Of a stretch of 64,000 nt of DNA, positions 37,601 through 48,879 are shown in pieces (positions within the stretch are counted from its first letter, which is position 1; the number at the start of each line of letters is the position of its first letter). The DNA comes from Octopus sinensis (Eukaryota). A model generated the notes under the pieces. That model worked only from the letters and a program-made list of their open reading frames with translations, did not search any database and had not been told where the DNA came from. Made by a program: the position numbers and the translations under genes. The stretch spans positions 310,001-374,000 of the forward strand of contig NW_021836291.1 of the NCBI RefSeq assembly GCF_006345805.1, written 5' to 3'.

Positions 37601-38420
37601 CCTTTATGCGATCTCGTGGCATATCAAAAAACAGGCAATATTTGCAATCCTGGCATTGTGATGCCAATATTTAAAACCGGAATTCTCAATTTGATTATTC
37701 TTTGCAAGTTCTTCTACAGCTTTCTTTCGCAAATCACCAATTGGATATTTTTTTGCAAAATTTGAGTGTTTTGTGTTAAAGTGTCTCTCTAAATTTGACT
37801 TTTTATTTTGATTCAAAGTTTCCTGGCAAATGAGACATTTCGGTAGTTGTTCTGAATTAGACGTGAATGCAAAAGTTTCAGTCCATTTTAATTGGAAATG
37901 TCGCGCATTATCGATTTTTTATTAATTTTGTTTTTGCTAGGCATATATCGATGTAACACAAAAATTAATGTTAAACGTGAAAAGATTTTTTATTATTAAC
38001 AAAACAAAAAAAATAGTTAAAAATGAAAGAGCCTACTTAAGAGTTAAAGAGCCTCTAAAGGCTCGCGAGCCCGCTTTTGCCGACCCCTGGTCTAGTGGAA
38101 CATGTTTGGAAGGGTAGCGTATGGGAGAGTTTGTCGCATTCTCTGGTTGGAGACATGCCCGACAATGCCAATCAGAAATGAGTGCCAGGGCTCTTTTAGT
38201 CATTCCGGCACAGGACATGTGGAAGCCACACGAGCAGGCCGTGCAATGAATCATCCTCTTTCTTTTGTTCATCGTGTTGCATTTTTTGCAGATCTCATCT
38301 TCTTTTGCAGTTTCTTGCATGTACTTTTCCGATTTTTCCTTTCTTTTTTTTCTTATTTTTTCTTTTTCTTCACACCACAACAGCGCCTGTTAATTATAGT
38401 GTTTATAATTATAGTGTTTA
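34620..38420 (-). mobile_element. Second near full-length PHD-bearing CRE-like retrotransposon, interrupted by a hAT
   Basis: PHD CKKC..CTAC..HMSC..WHCRAC (38130-38290); RT GGIRAAVR, SSGGLDGLRPGHLKD, GVQQGDPLGPALF, WYLDD; HKCRC..HALSC; RLE ..KERKY..VETTG..AIVRGN. Several frameshifts; the segment between PHD and RT is lost at the hAT. Confidence 0.9.
36800..38089 (-). mobile_element. hAT Buster/Charlie (GTF2IRD2-like) 5' part nested in the CRE element
   Basis: End ..ggctcgcgagcccgcttttgccgacccctg followed by gtctagtg; KKSNLERHFNTKH, DES.DINDIAQ, STDGAASM and HCIIHLEAL motifs. The left end is truncated. Confidence 0.85.
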
Positions 38421-38421
38421 A

Positions 38422-38497
38422 TGGCTTCTCCAGTTGATCTCCGTTGCTATCGTGAGAGGCAACGCAACGTCAATTATGTTGGCGGGGTCCACTTCGG
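38422..38497 (+). repeat. 76-bp inverted copy of 34682-34757 (3' coding end of the same CRE element)
   Basis: Reverse complement matches at 75/76 positions by manual comparison. A perfect 15-bp tandem duplication, taattatagtgttta x2, precedes it at 38391-38420. Confidence 0.92.
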
Positions 38498-39244
38498 ATA
38501 GATGGCTTTGTTAACTTCTAGTAAATACCAGTTTCTTCCTTTTTTTCGAATTAAATCTTTTAATTCCCGTGTCTTTCTTAATGTTCGTAGTAATATAACT
38601 GGTCTTAATTTTTTAGCGGTCAATTGCTCTTTTCCGGTTTATGCTAAGGAATTAAAATTTCATCATAAAGTTTCAAAGATGAATATGAGTGGGATTATAA
38701 CTTTTTTATGCTTCTAAGCAATGCGTCATAATAATGAACCATCGAGACTATATTCGAGTTTTTGTTACAACCCGGCTGTCATTATAGCAAAAAGATTTTT
38801 TTCCAATAGACAAACGGTTTTGAAGGCCAGAATTACTTTACTTAAGTCATGAGAGTTTACCTGAATTTAGTTGCTCCGCTGATCCAAAAGGCTTTTAATT
38901 GAAATTGAATTTGAACGTCAATACTCACCCTAACGTGTTTTTTAATTCTAAAAGGCATTCCATACTGATATCCGATCAGGACGTCCATCAGGCAAAAACT
39001 ATATACTGCTCTATAGCGATGTGTCATAAACGGATACAAATAGGCTGACTTAACAGAGTAAACAAACCTATCTGATCCGGTTCCAAAACGGGAGATCAAT
39101 AAACATTAACCCTACCCCTTGTAATTAATTGATATTCGGAATAGAATTTTCTGCACTTGCTCATTTTTTACCAAGTTTTGCGTAATCTTGCTCACTCTCT
39201 ATTCACTTATAAATAAATGTCCGATAATAAAACACAATTGCATA

Positions 39245-41221
39245 TTAATAAAGTGACAGGTTATTAAATAGTAAAATTGCTTCAATTCTGAATACTCCCT
39301 CTTCGTTGGTCACATAATAAGGATGATATGTTCTCTCAATAAATATCCAAGAATTGCCTTCCTTTTTCCAAATAATATAGTAATCCACATTGCATATGTC
39401 TTGAAAGACTAGGAGATAACCACCCTTTTCCAATAAATCCATGCGGAATGAAACATCCTGAGTAGACCGATCGTAGCAAAGAGGAGATTCGCCATTCTTA
39501 AATACCTGACTTGATTAAACCATATCCAATTACTGCAAGACGCGACAGCAAAAACGTCGAGATGCCTCCTTTTTCAGCAATCGTTGGATTGAACAGAATG
39601 GAGACCAATTGAGGATATCCTTCCGATGTACGAGCTACAAAAATCCTACTAATAAGTACTAAATCTACTTTCTAGTCCAGAAACGATCAATTAATGCATC
39701 CTCATGGACATCTACACTCACAAATTGGCCTGTCGTCGTCTTGACTTGAAGTTGTATGTCGTGAGGGAATGTCACGTCGTGCCAATACTGAAATATAATT
39801 CTAATCTCAGAGGACTCGCAGGATATAGAAAGAATGTCCCTGACATAACAACTGACTGACTGTACTTGCAAATCGGCTCATCGGAAAAGGGAACTTGGAA
39901 GCTCAAACAACCTCCACCCAACCAGCCTGCCTTGTCGGAATATGTGACAGATACAACATTCAAATTATCCCCAGCAATCGTTCGACAACTATTCAACTGC
40001 AGTTCCTGAAGACCAATGTCGTACCAACAAGTATCCCCCACTTTCTAAAATTACTAGCACATGACACTTGTCCAAAATAGAAAGTACATGAACCCACTCC
40101 CCGACAGAAAGTGGTATCAAATGGCAGTCTGTATTCCCTATGCTCGACCAAGTCCCCCAATGATTCCCAAAAACTGAGAATATAAAAAGTGCCATACAGT
40201 GCCTCTATGTCATAATAAATGTTCTCATTCCCAAAATTTTCCCATGTCCAGCCCGGGGCGAAGAGTGCTACGTTCAGCTCATTTCGGATCACCATTTTTA
40301 CAGCCAAATATATAAAAGACTCAATAAACCTCAAATATATCAAATCCGGCACCCCCAACTCGACTATCACGACCAAACACGTCAATTCCTACAAATATTC
40401 TGTCAACAAAATCCGCATAGTTTTTTGTCATTGAGGTCATGTGCTTCTCTTCCCACCAGTAATTAGTAAACATATAAGCTCCAGTGTCCCTTATGAATAT
40501 TCTGGAATTGAAATTGATAAATCAGGACTCGTTGTGGCGATTGAGTTCATTCTGCCATAAAAGTTGTCCTCCAACCACAATGGAGTCATACCACACCACA
40601 ATTGGATTTTCTACCACTGCCCTCAGTCGTGTATTAAGCAATTTAAGCATTTGAACAATCCGTGATATGTGGGAAGGCTGAGTAGTTACAATTTGATTAC
40701 CAATATGTTATTCTCAATGTTAATGAGCCATCCACTTAGGCCAAACTCCTCTGCAATGGCCACCAATTGGTCAACAATTGACTCCACTATTTCCTCATCT
40801 GAGAACATGAAGGAACAAAAGGCAGTCCCCCAGTCTCCTTCTGTGATTACTGTCCCTACACAATGTCCCTCAGGGATCACCTAATATAGGGACACCGTTC
40901 TTATAAGCACATTTGCTCCAGGAAAGAGGAGGAATTGTAACAAAATGATGACTGAAGTACACGAATACGTCCACCAGATACCAGTTAAAGAAAGAATAGC
41001 CACTCCTTCCAGCGCCAAAATAAAATCTGGTCTAATTATAGTCATTGGAACTTGTCGTCGAGGTATCCGCCATTCATATCATGACAGAATAACACTTTTC
41101 CTTTCTTTTTTGATTTCCAGTTTGAGAATTGAAGTTTGCTGAATAATTTGGTGGAAGTGGATTTCCAGTTTAACAGTTCCTGGACTGATTTAAGAGGATT
41201 AGTTTGGAAATCACAGGTCAT
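39245..41221 (-). CDS. ENGASE: Cytosolic endo-beta-N-acetylglucosaminidase (GH85)
   Basis: About 10 introns of 23-28 nt. Motifs VLFCHDMNGGYLDDK, DVFVYFSHHFVTIPP, GTVITE, GWLINIEN, VWYDS..LLWQNELN, FTNYWW, FVGIDVFGR, VALFAPGW, PFDTTFCRGVG. One intron (40305-40329) ends in TG. Confidence 0.9.
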
Positions 41222-41272
41222 CAAAAATATTTTATTAAGATAAGTAAATATTGAAAAAATAATATATTAAAA

Positions 41273-41800
41273 TTATTCATTCTCCTTATTTTGAATCACC
41301 GTTTTCAAATTTCGCAGTTCTTCTATAAGCATTCGATTCTGCGTCTCCAAAAGTTTAACTCTCTGTTCCAGGCACTGCACGTACTCCTTTTTCTTCCGTC
41401 TACATTCCCTGGCTGCTTCCCTATATCCGTCCATCTCTGTCACAAAAAAACCTGTTTTTGACTAATCGAAGTTGCTGTTTTCTATGTACATCAGAAACAT
41501 TCTGATTGTTGCCATAAAAAGCAGGAGGGCTGTCGTGGAAAGGAACTGTCTCATACATTTTGTGAGTTCTGGGTTGAATCATTTCTGGTCTGTTAACTAT
41601 ATTAAGGTCTAATAATATGAACTAATACCTTCATAATTCCCCGACAAGGAATGCTGTTGAGAACTACTATTGAGTCGGGAAATGTTCATTTGATAAATTT
41701 GGTCATTTATATATAAAGACTGGTCACTGTGGGGTGTAGTGACTGTTGTAGTGAAATCTGAATTTGGATGGTATACTGTATCTGTGTAGGATTCCTCCAT
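41273..41800 (-). CDS. CREB: CREB/ATF1/CREM-family bZIP protein, short form
   Basis: After a 31-nt intron: HRKQQLRLVKNR|EAARECRRKKKEYVQCLEQRVKLLETQNRMLIEELRNLK, the CREB-family basic region and zipper. The first intron is 20 or 32 nt (two in-frame AGs). Confidence 0.88.
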
Positions 41801-42695
41801 CTCAAATCAAAAGATTAAAAACGACACCTTAACATTTTAATTAAATCATATCAACCCACGGGATTTGTGATTGCGTGTATCGCACTTTATAGTTTAATTA
41901 ATGTCGTTATCTCCATGTAAACCACTCAATATATTGATTTACTATTAAAAATCAAATAATTAGGTTTTTAGTTAATCTAATATAGAATCTTAGATTTGGT
42001 TGGATTTGAAAATTTTGAAATTTGTGGACTGAATTAAAGAAGGCAGGCAATGAACAGAATTTAACACGACTTAATTGATGTTACTAAGAAACGTAGATGA
42101 TCAAAAATCAGAGAAATTTTCTAATCTTGATTATCTGACTATAGTGTTAGATAAGTTCAAATTTATTTATTAAATCACCAAGACCTCGCTAAAAACCGAA
42201 CAAACGTCACGTGATCCAGATGCACTCAACCAGGGACCTAATCCTCGCTCGGTGATCTTTCCACGAGCCCACACAAGATCGCACTGGGCGGCAGGCCGTT
42301 TTTGGCGGAGCATTCGCAGGTTCAGCTTGATGAGGTCTTCCAGAGAAGTTGGACTCGGAAACTATAAAGTCATGAAAATTTAGTCCTAAAGTTGAAACTC
42401 TCTTTAAATACATAGTTTTTAAGAATTAAATACTGGATTCAATCATCATTATTAATAAAATAAAACAAATTAATTGCCTATGTAAATCCAGAGGCCTCAA
42501 AGTGAAAAGAGGATGGCACTCCACCCACCTTCTTCCATTCTTCCTCCTCTTTTCTGGCATTGTAAACCTCCGAGAAGGCGCAGTTCAGTGCCCCTCGCTG
42601 ACTAAATGTCAGGAAAGAACTGGATTGGGGAGCATTAAACGAGATATTCTCCAGAGTCGTCTGAAGAACATTTTACTGCATATAAGCCTGTACAA

Positions 42696-42790
42696 TAGCG
42701 GTTCTCAACCGTGGTCCCCACGAATTTTTACAAAATAAAAATATATTGAAGTTAAAACTTATGAAATTGATTTACTTAGCATGGTTTGTC
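42696..42790 (+). mobile_element. hAT Buster-type terminal remnant
   Basis: tagcggttctcaaccgtgg resembles the cagcggttctcaacc-type TIR; preceded by ctgtacaa (nnnTAnnn). Confidence 0.45.
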
Positions 42791-43561
42791 ATTCTAAGAA
42801 CATAACATTATCTGACGATTCACTGCAAAAAAAGCAGGCAGACTGTTGATCATCTAGCCACGCGGTTTGGTAGGATGCTAAACAGTGATTATTTCCGAAG
42901 ACACAACGAAGTGGTAAAGTGTATTCATCTCCACTAGTGTCGAATGTATGGAAATAAACGAAACAGGAAATTGAAAGGACATTCGGTTGTGTCAATAATC
43001 TCAACCCAAAATGTTGAAATCAGAGTTGACACGTCAATTATGACTGAAACGAAAGTTCAATTCAATAAACCTGATATTTTCGTTTATGACAAGAGGAAAA
43101 GAGAAATTCATTTAATCGAAGTGGGAGTTACCTCGCAAGACCGTTTAAAGCAAGTTGAAGTGGATAAATTTCACAAATACGACCTCCCTGCAAACGAACT
43201 GTCGGTTCTCTATTAAGCAAAAGTGAAGATTATTCCAATTGTCTTGACATGGGATGGAGTTGTCTCAAAGTTCTTAAAAAGTCATATGGACAAGTTATCC
43301 ATTGAAGAAGGAACGAGGACATACATCCAGTCCGTTTTGCTGAAGAGGACACTAGAGAGTATGCTTATCGAGCACAGACATGTGATAAAGGTAGACAACG
43401 AGGAGTACGCCTCTGCCGCCAATCAACTTGCGGAGCTGGCATGTCGTGAGGACACTCAGCTAAACAATTACTTTGACGCAGAAATGAAAAATGATGAGAA
43501 TTTTGTTGCAAACTCTTCTTCCAAGCAAAGAAGAAAAATCACTGACGATCTGAATTCTTAA
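42790..43561 (+). mobile_element. R4/NeSL-like LINE 3' end (RLE domain)
   Basis: RRHNEVVKCIH; NKPDIFVYDKRKREIHLIEVGVTSQD..DKFHKYD..L; KIIPIVLTWDG. Confidence 0.88.
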
Positions 43562-44859
43562 ATAATTTAAGATAGAATTTACATAATTAGTTCAACATAC
43601 TTATTAGAGGCTTCCAACCTAATATCTTTAAATTTCCTCTTCCATTTGGGCAATATACGCTTTTGAGTTGGAAACAAGATGAGCCTTTCCTCCAGGTTTT
43701 ACAGCTTTTAATACATCTCTCATGAAAGAAGTCTGAATAAGTCAATGTTTAGCATGGCAATCCAAGGGTCAGAAAACTCCGCATAAACTGTTTCCACAGT
43801 ATTTTCAGCAAGATATTCGCGTGTAAAAACTTGGGTTTCCCCACAAACAATGAACCAGTTTTTAATTTTAGTCCTTTTCGAATGAATTTTATGAGCTCTC
43901 TGAAACTTGAGCTTTACATCAACCCAATTTATTCCGGGATTTTCTTCAGCCTTATTTAGAATCCACTCTTTGTTTCCACTGCAGTACTCAATACGCACGG
44001 GTTTTTCATTTCTAAAAAGTTTTGTCTACGAAAGAAAGGAGAGTTCAGCATAATCGGGATAGTTGGTCGGTAAATAGAAGATTTGGATACACCCAATGTG
44101 CCTCTTTTTAACACTCCTATTTACCTTAGTTCTGTTTTTCCTCTCTGCAGAAGAGCTGATTAATTTCAGACATGTTTTTCATAATGCTCCCCTGATTTAT
44201 ATGATCCTATTTTTTTCTCAATAAGTAGTGTGATGATCTTTATCTACGCTTTTCTCTTTTCACGACTAAAGCAGCTCATGCCTCATAATTACTATAAAAT
44301 TTTTGCCAAAGCCATTTTGAATCGAAATAATTTTTCAGCGCTCGAGCTCTGTGAAACAAAGCTCACAGTGTTTAATCAGATGATCGAGGCAGGAATTTGG
44401 TCATCAAACAATGGTTGAAGTTATAAAAGAGCTGGCCGAGAGCAAACAACATCTCTTTGGCAAAAAGTTTATATTCTAAACAATATAGCAATTGTTGGAC
44501 TTCTAAGAACAGTTTCAAAGATGTTTTATGCATTTTCTGTTCTCAACCGCTTTTTAAAAAGCATTAATAGTTTTTTTGATTGACTAGGTATCTCAGTTAG
44601 CACAACTCTTGCCAGTTTAATTGTTGCCATTTTATCAATGATTTTTTGTAATGTTTTGCATTGTGGCATCTTGGTTCTAATAATAATAATCAATGATTTT
44701 TTGTACCTTACTGAAACATCGACTGACAAAGTCGTTAAAAGCAGTCTAAAAAGAAGTCCTATTGTATGTATAGAGGTTAATGCATAAGACTTGTACCTGA
44801 AGTTTTTTTGGAAGTCAGAAAATTGAAATTTTCGAGCGATATGCCAGAACTGATACGAG

Positions 44860-45290
44860 CCACATTGGGCCTGCACTTCAAGCCGTCCGGTAAGTTCGAT
44901 GATTATATTGCACGTACCAAAATGGGTGCAATGCAGCGACTGGGCGGGGTTGGGCGTGTTTAACGCCATGTTGTTATCCGTGTTGACTTATGGCCTACAT
45001 TCCTGACACTACTGCGAGGATAGGGAGAAGTACGTTGACGCGCTCAAGAAAGTCAGAAGACGAGCCATCCGGCTACCCCATGGCTTAGGATGGCGAGAGG
45101 AGCTTTCGGACGTCCAGGAATTATCCCTCAAAAGCCTCCCTGAGGTCCTAGAGAAAAAAATGGCAGGTAAGGCGGTAAGTCTTAGCTTGTGGCTGAGAGA
45201 CGAGCGTGTGTGAGAGACTGAAAAGGCAAGAATGCCGAAGGTCTTTATTTACCATCTTCTAACAGCCTTTCTATTTAAATAAATATTTTC
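44860..45290 (+). mobile_element. CR1/L2-like LINE 3' fragment
   Basis: Clear nucleotide homology to 24745-24874 joined to 25497-25820, including ctatttaaataaatatttt before the tail. Confidence 0.8.
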
Positions 45291-45653
45291 TTTAAAAATT
45301 TTCAAGCAAACCTTATGCAAGCAAAAAATTTTCGCATAGAGTAATTTTACATTTTTATGTTCGTTACAAATTTCTAAGTTTAATTTCCACGTTTTTGTTA
45401 ATTAGCTGGGTTACTTTTTTCAAATTTTAATAATTTAAAAAATTATTGAATTAACAAGAGTAATCGAAATCAATAAGAATTTCATATCTTAAACAAATAA
45501 TTTAGATGATTTGAAGTGATAAATCAGATTTATCACTTCGGACACTTAGAACGGGCCCAGACATTATAATTTATGACAATATTTAAATATTGTATTGTTC
45601 TAGATCATAACCGACAATGTAATATATTCATTAAATTGTTATATTAATTTAAT

Positions 45654-47615
45654 ATGTTTGTAAAATTCTTTAAGTTTAATAAATATTATTTATTTGACTT
45701 AATTTTTGTTTTTGTGATGTTAGCTGTGACCTTATTTGTGTTTTCCATCTCTTCGCTCCTTCCTGAAGAGGATATACATATAAAAATAACTTTGAAAGAA
45801 CCAAAAAACACCCTTAAAGCTGAAAAGGATTACAAAATTGGTTGGTTTGAGACATTTGTAAGCCCACATACTTTTACATGTCAGGTTGATCACTACAATT
45901 TCAACAACAACGACAAATTCGAAATAAAATATTTATATTCTGACCAATTCTACACCAAGGACGGGCCAGTTTTCTTCTATGCGGGCAACGAGGGGACAGT
46001 CGAAGGATTTGCTGAAAATTCGGTTCACATAAACCTGATTAATTTCAGGGCTTTATTTGGGAGATTGCCTCCTTATTTGGGGCCTATGTCCTGTTTGGAG
46101 AACATAGATATTATGGAGAGTCGATTCCCTACAAGAATGGACAAAATAACATTTCATTTGAATATTTGACTGCTGAACAAGCCATGTTGGACTACGTCAG
46201 TTTAATTGACTATTTATTTCCTCCCAAAACAAAAGTTATTGTATTTGGGGGCTCCTATGGGGGCATGTTGGCGGCTTGGATGAGAATGAAGTACCCTGCT
46301 TACATCACCGGGTTAGTATCCGCAGTTAATCACCTATTTGGTTGGGTGAACATGTCTATAGTCGTAGCACAGGTGACACAATTACGCTCTGGCTGTGCTT
46401 AACTGGCATTCTTTGGTTAGGTGAGCATTAACCTGTTTGTTAATGTTGGAGACATATCCTGGTTAAGTAACACATTTTGCATTCTTTCTTTGATTGGGTG
46501 ACCATTTCTGGTTCACTTAGCCTAGTTAAGTGTATATCACACTATAGTTTTGGTTAGCTAAGCGGCAGTCTTTCTTTGGTTAGGTGAGTGTTAACTAGCT
46601 AGCTAAGATAGGTTACGTAGTTTGGTTAAGCTTCAGTTTTTCCTTGTTTGGTGACTACTAATTGACTAGTGCTCTCGCATCGTCTGCGCCAATATTAATG
46701 TTTGAGGGGTACTCAGATTGTGGGTCCCCCTTTGTGACAATAACCAAGAATTTCCGAACAGAAGGACCCAATTCACCTGAGAACATTAAAACACTGTGGA
46801 ACATACTAAATGACCATAAAAATGGTTTATTTTATATATAAATGATTACTAGACACGAAATATTTGGATTGGTTGTGGAATGAATTAAATTTATGCAACC
46901 AGAATGAGAGAAATATCGAACTGCTCATTCAAAATATCACTAATCTATTTTTTGCCGCATCCATGGTGAACTACCCATCCCCCTCGACACTCTTGGTCCC
47001 CCTCCCTGCCTACCCACTCCGCGTAACCCCCCGATCTCACTGCCAGGCCATTTCCCAATACTTTAACGGGAAGGGAATGTCCGAAGAGGAGTTAGTCCGA
47101 GCACTGGCACTGTCCCTCAACCTGTACTTCAACAACACGGGCACTCGAGTCCTCTGCTTTGATTTTACCGACACTTATGGCTCAGTAGACTTGCTCCCCT
47201 GGGGGTACCAGGTGGTCATGTGTGAATAATATGACAGAGCTGTACTGAGATGGATCTTTATATGTGTTCGAGGGAGGGTGTGGACAATATGTTCCCCCCA
47301 ATGGAGTACAACAGTAGTAGGGTCAATAAGGAGTGCAGTGAGTTGTATGGAGTGACTCCACGACGGGGGTTTATCCCATTGGAGACGAATGTGCGTGATT
47401 TGTCTTCATTTACTAACATCATCTTCAGTAATGGAGACATGGATCCGTGGAGTGGAGGGGGTTTCTATCGACAGGACAATGAGGGAATTCACGTGGTCGT
47501 CATCGAAGGGGGGGCCCACCACGTTGACTTGAGGGAGTCCTCTGATAACGATCCCCCGTCTGTTGTGTTGGCCAGAAGACGTGAGATTGAGATCATACAG
47601 GGTTGGCTTAATTAA
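45654..47615 (+). CDS. PRCP: Lysosomal Pro-X carboxypeptidase (peptidase S28)
   Basis: N-terminal hydrophobic segment; VDHYNF, FFYAGNEG, EHRYYGES, LTAEQAMLDY, VFGGSYGGMLAAWMRMKYP, ALASSAPI, YQSCTEM, NIIFSNGDMDPWSGGG, GAHHVDLR. Five introns of 24-28 nt plus one of 358 nt (46312-46669). Confidence 0.93.
46312..46669. repeat. Degenerate about 70-90-bp-period repeat filling PRCP intron 3; same motif at about 47630-47720
   Basis: Recurrent core ttctttggttRggtga (e.g. tttggttgggtga, tttggttaggtga x2, tttgattgggtga, ttgtttggtga); ttttctttggttgggtgaccatt also occurs just after the PRCP stop. Confidence 0.7.
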
Positions 47616-48239
47616 TAATTTAATTAATTAACATTGGTTAAGCGGCACAGATCGCAGTTTTTCTTTGGTTGGGTGACCATTACCTCACTATTTAGGCGAG
47701 GTATTTGTTAGATTAGTTACCCTTATTTGTGCATTCTTGCATGCCTTAGTTGTTCTACTGGTGTGGTGGTACACACATTTTACTAAGCAAAGAGTTTAGA
47801 GCATAATTTAATCAGAAAGTCTGCAATGTCAATCCCAAATTACGCAAGAAAACCACAGGGGTGAGTAGAGTATCATCCAGACGAACAAATTCATCATTCT
47901 CCGACTTGCGGGTGATAAATCGACTTTATTGCACACCACAAAAAAAGAAAGGCGACTCAGTCCCTTCTTTGCACGCCTTATCAGCTTAAAATTATTCGAA
48001 GAAATTAAGACACTTGTTGCTATTTCACCAACATGTATTCTAATTGATTTTAAAAAGGGTTTGATTAACTCCACAAAATTAGTCTTTTTATCATCGAGTG
48101 TATTTGGCTGTAATTTCCATTTCGGTCAAATCATATGACGGAAAATACAATGTCTTTGTCTTCTCGGAGTTTACAAGGATGTCTCATCGTGGGCACGAAA
48201 ACTATTGAGGAAATGCTACCATTAAGTTTTCATCCCTAT

Positions 48240-48835
48240 TGAAAATGTTTCATTGGAATTTGAAAACCGGCGTCTCATTGCGTCTGGGATTAAACGTATG
48301 CCGAGAACACCGGTGCCGCTGTGGATCGACCGTTGACCCCTTTGGATTGCACCCATTATCCTGTCAGAGAAGCACCGGACGCTTTCCCCGACACGCTACT
48401 CTGAACGACATAGTCAAGCGGACTCTCGAAACTGCCGGATTCCCATCACAGTTGGAACCGGTCGGCCTGGTTCGGGAGGATGGTAAAGTCGCAAGTCGCT
48501 CATCTGGGACGCAGCTTGCACGGACACTTTCTCCGCCGGAAACATCTTTACGTCAGCCGCAGCTAACCTGGCAGAAACGCTAAAAATCAAGAAATACAGT
48601 GCATTATCGCCCCGGCATATCTTTGCCCCGATCGGAGGGTAGACGTCGGGAGTCCTCGGTCCCAGAACTAACAAATTTCTTATTAAACTGAGGGACCTGG
48701 CAAGCAGAAGGAAAAATGATCATCGGGAACGGACATGGCTTTTCCAACGCATATCAATAGCCATCTTGCGTGGGAATTGCCATTTCATCTTATCCACTGC
48801 TGCTAATTTAATACTAAATAATTAATTTGAAAAAA
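48240..48835 (+). mobile_element. CRE-like retrotransposon 3' fragment (possible remnant back to about 47830)
   Basis: [47 protein letters not shown]; WDAAC; WLFQRISIAILRGN; A-rich tail. Confidence 0.88.
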
Positions 48836-48879
48836 ATTTCTCATGATGCGACAGGAAAAGAAAACAACCAAAAAATAAT

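Noticed and set aside
38500-39200. Possible spliced gene with LEYSLDGSLYDAL (kinase hinge-like) on minus
   Set aside because: Could not build a consistent GT-AG exon chain or find other kinase motifs; left unannotated.
41022-41046. A 20-nt intron reading for ENGase intron 1
   Set aside because: The first AG gives the wrong frame; the next AG (25 nt) restores DDKFYFG. The CREB 20-nt option is likewise unproven because a 32-nt option is also in frame.
43720-44200. Gag-like minus ORF (EWILNKAEENPGINWVDVKLKF)
   Set aside because: No LTRs, protease or RT nearby, and no clear zinc knuckle; unassigned.
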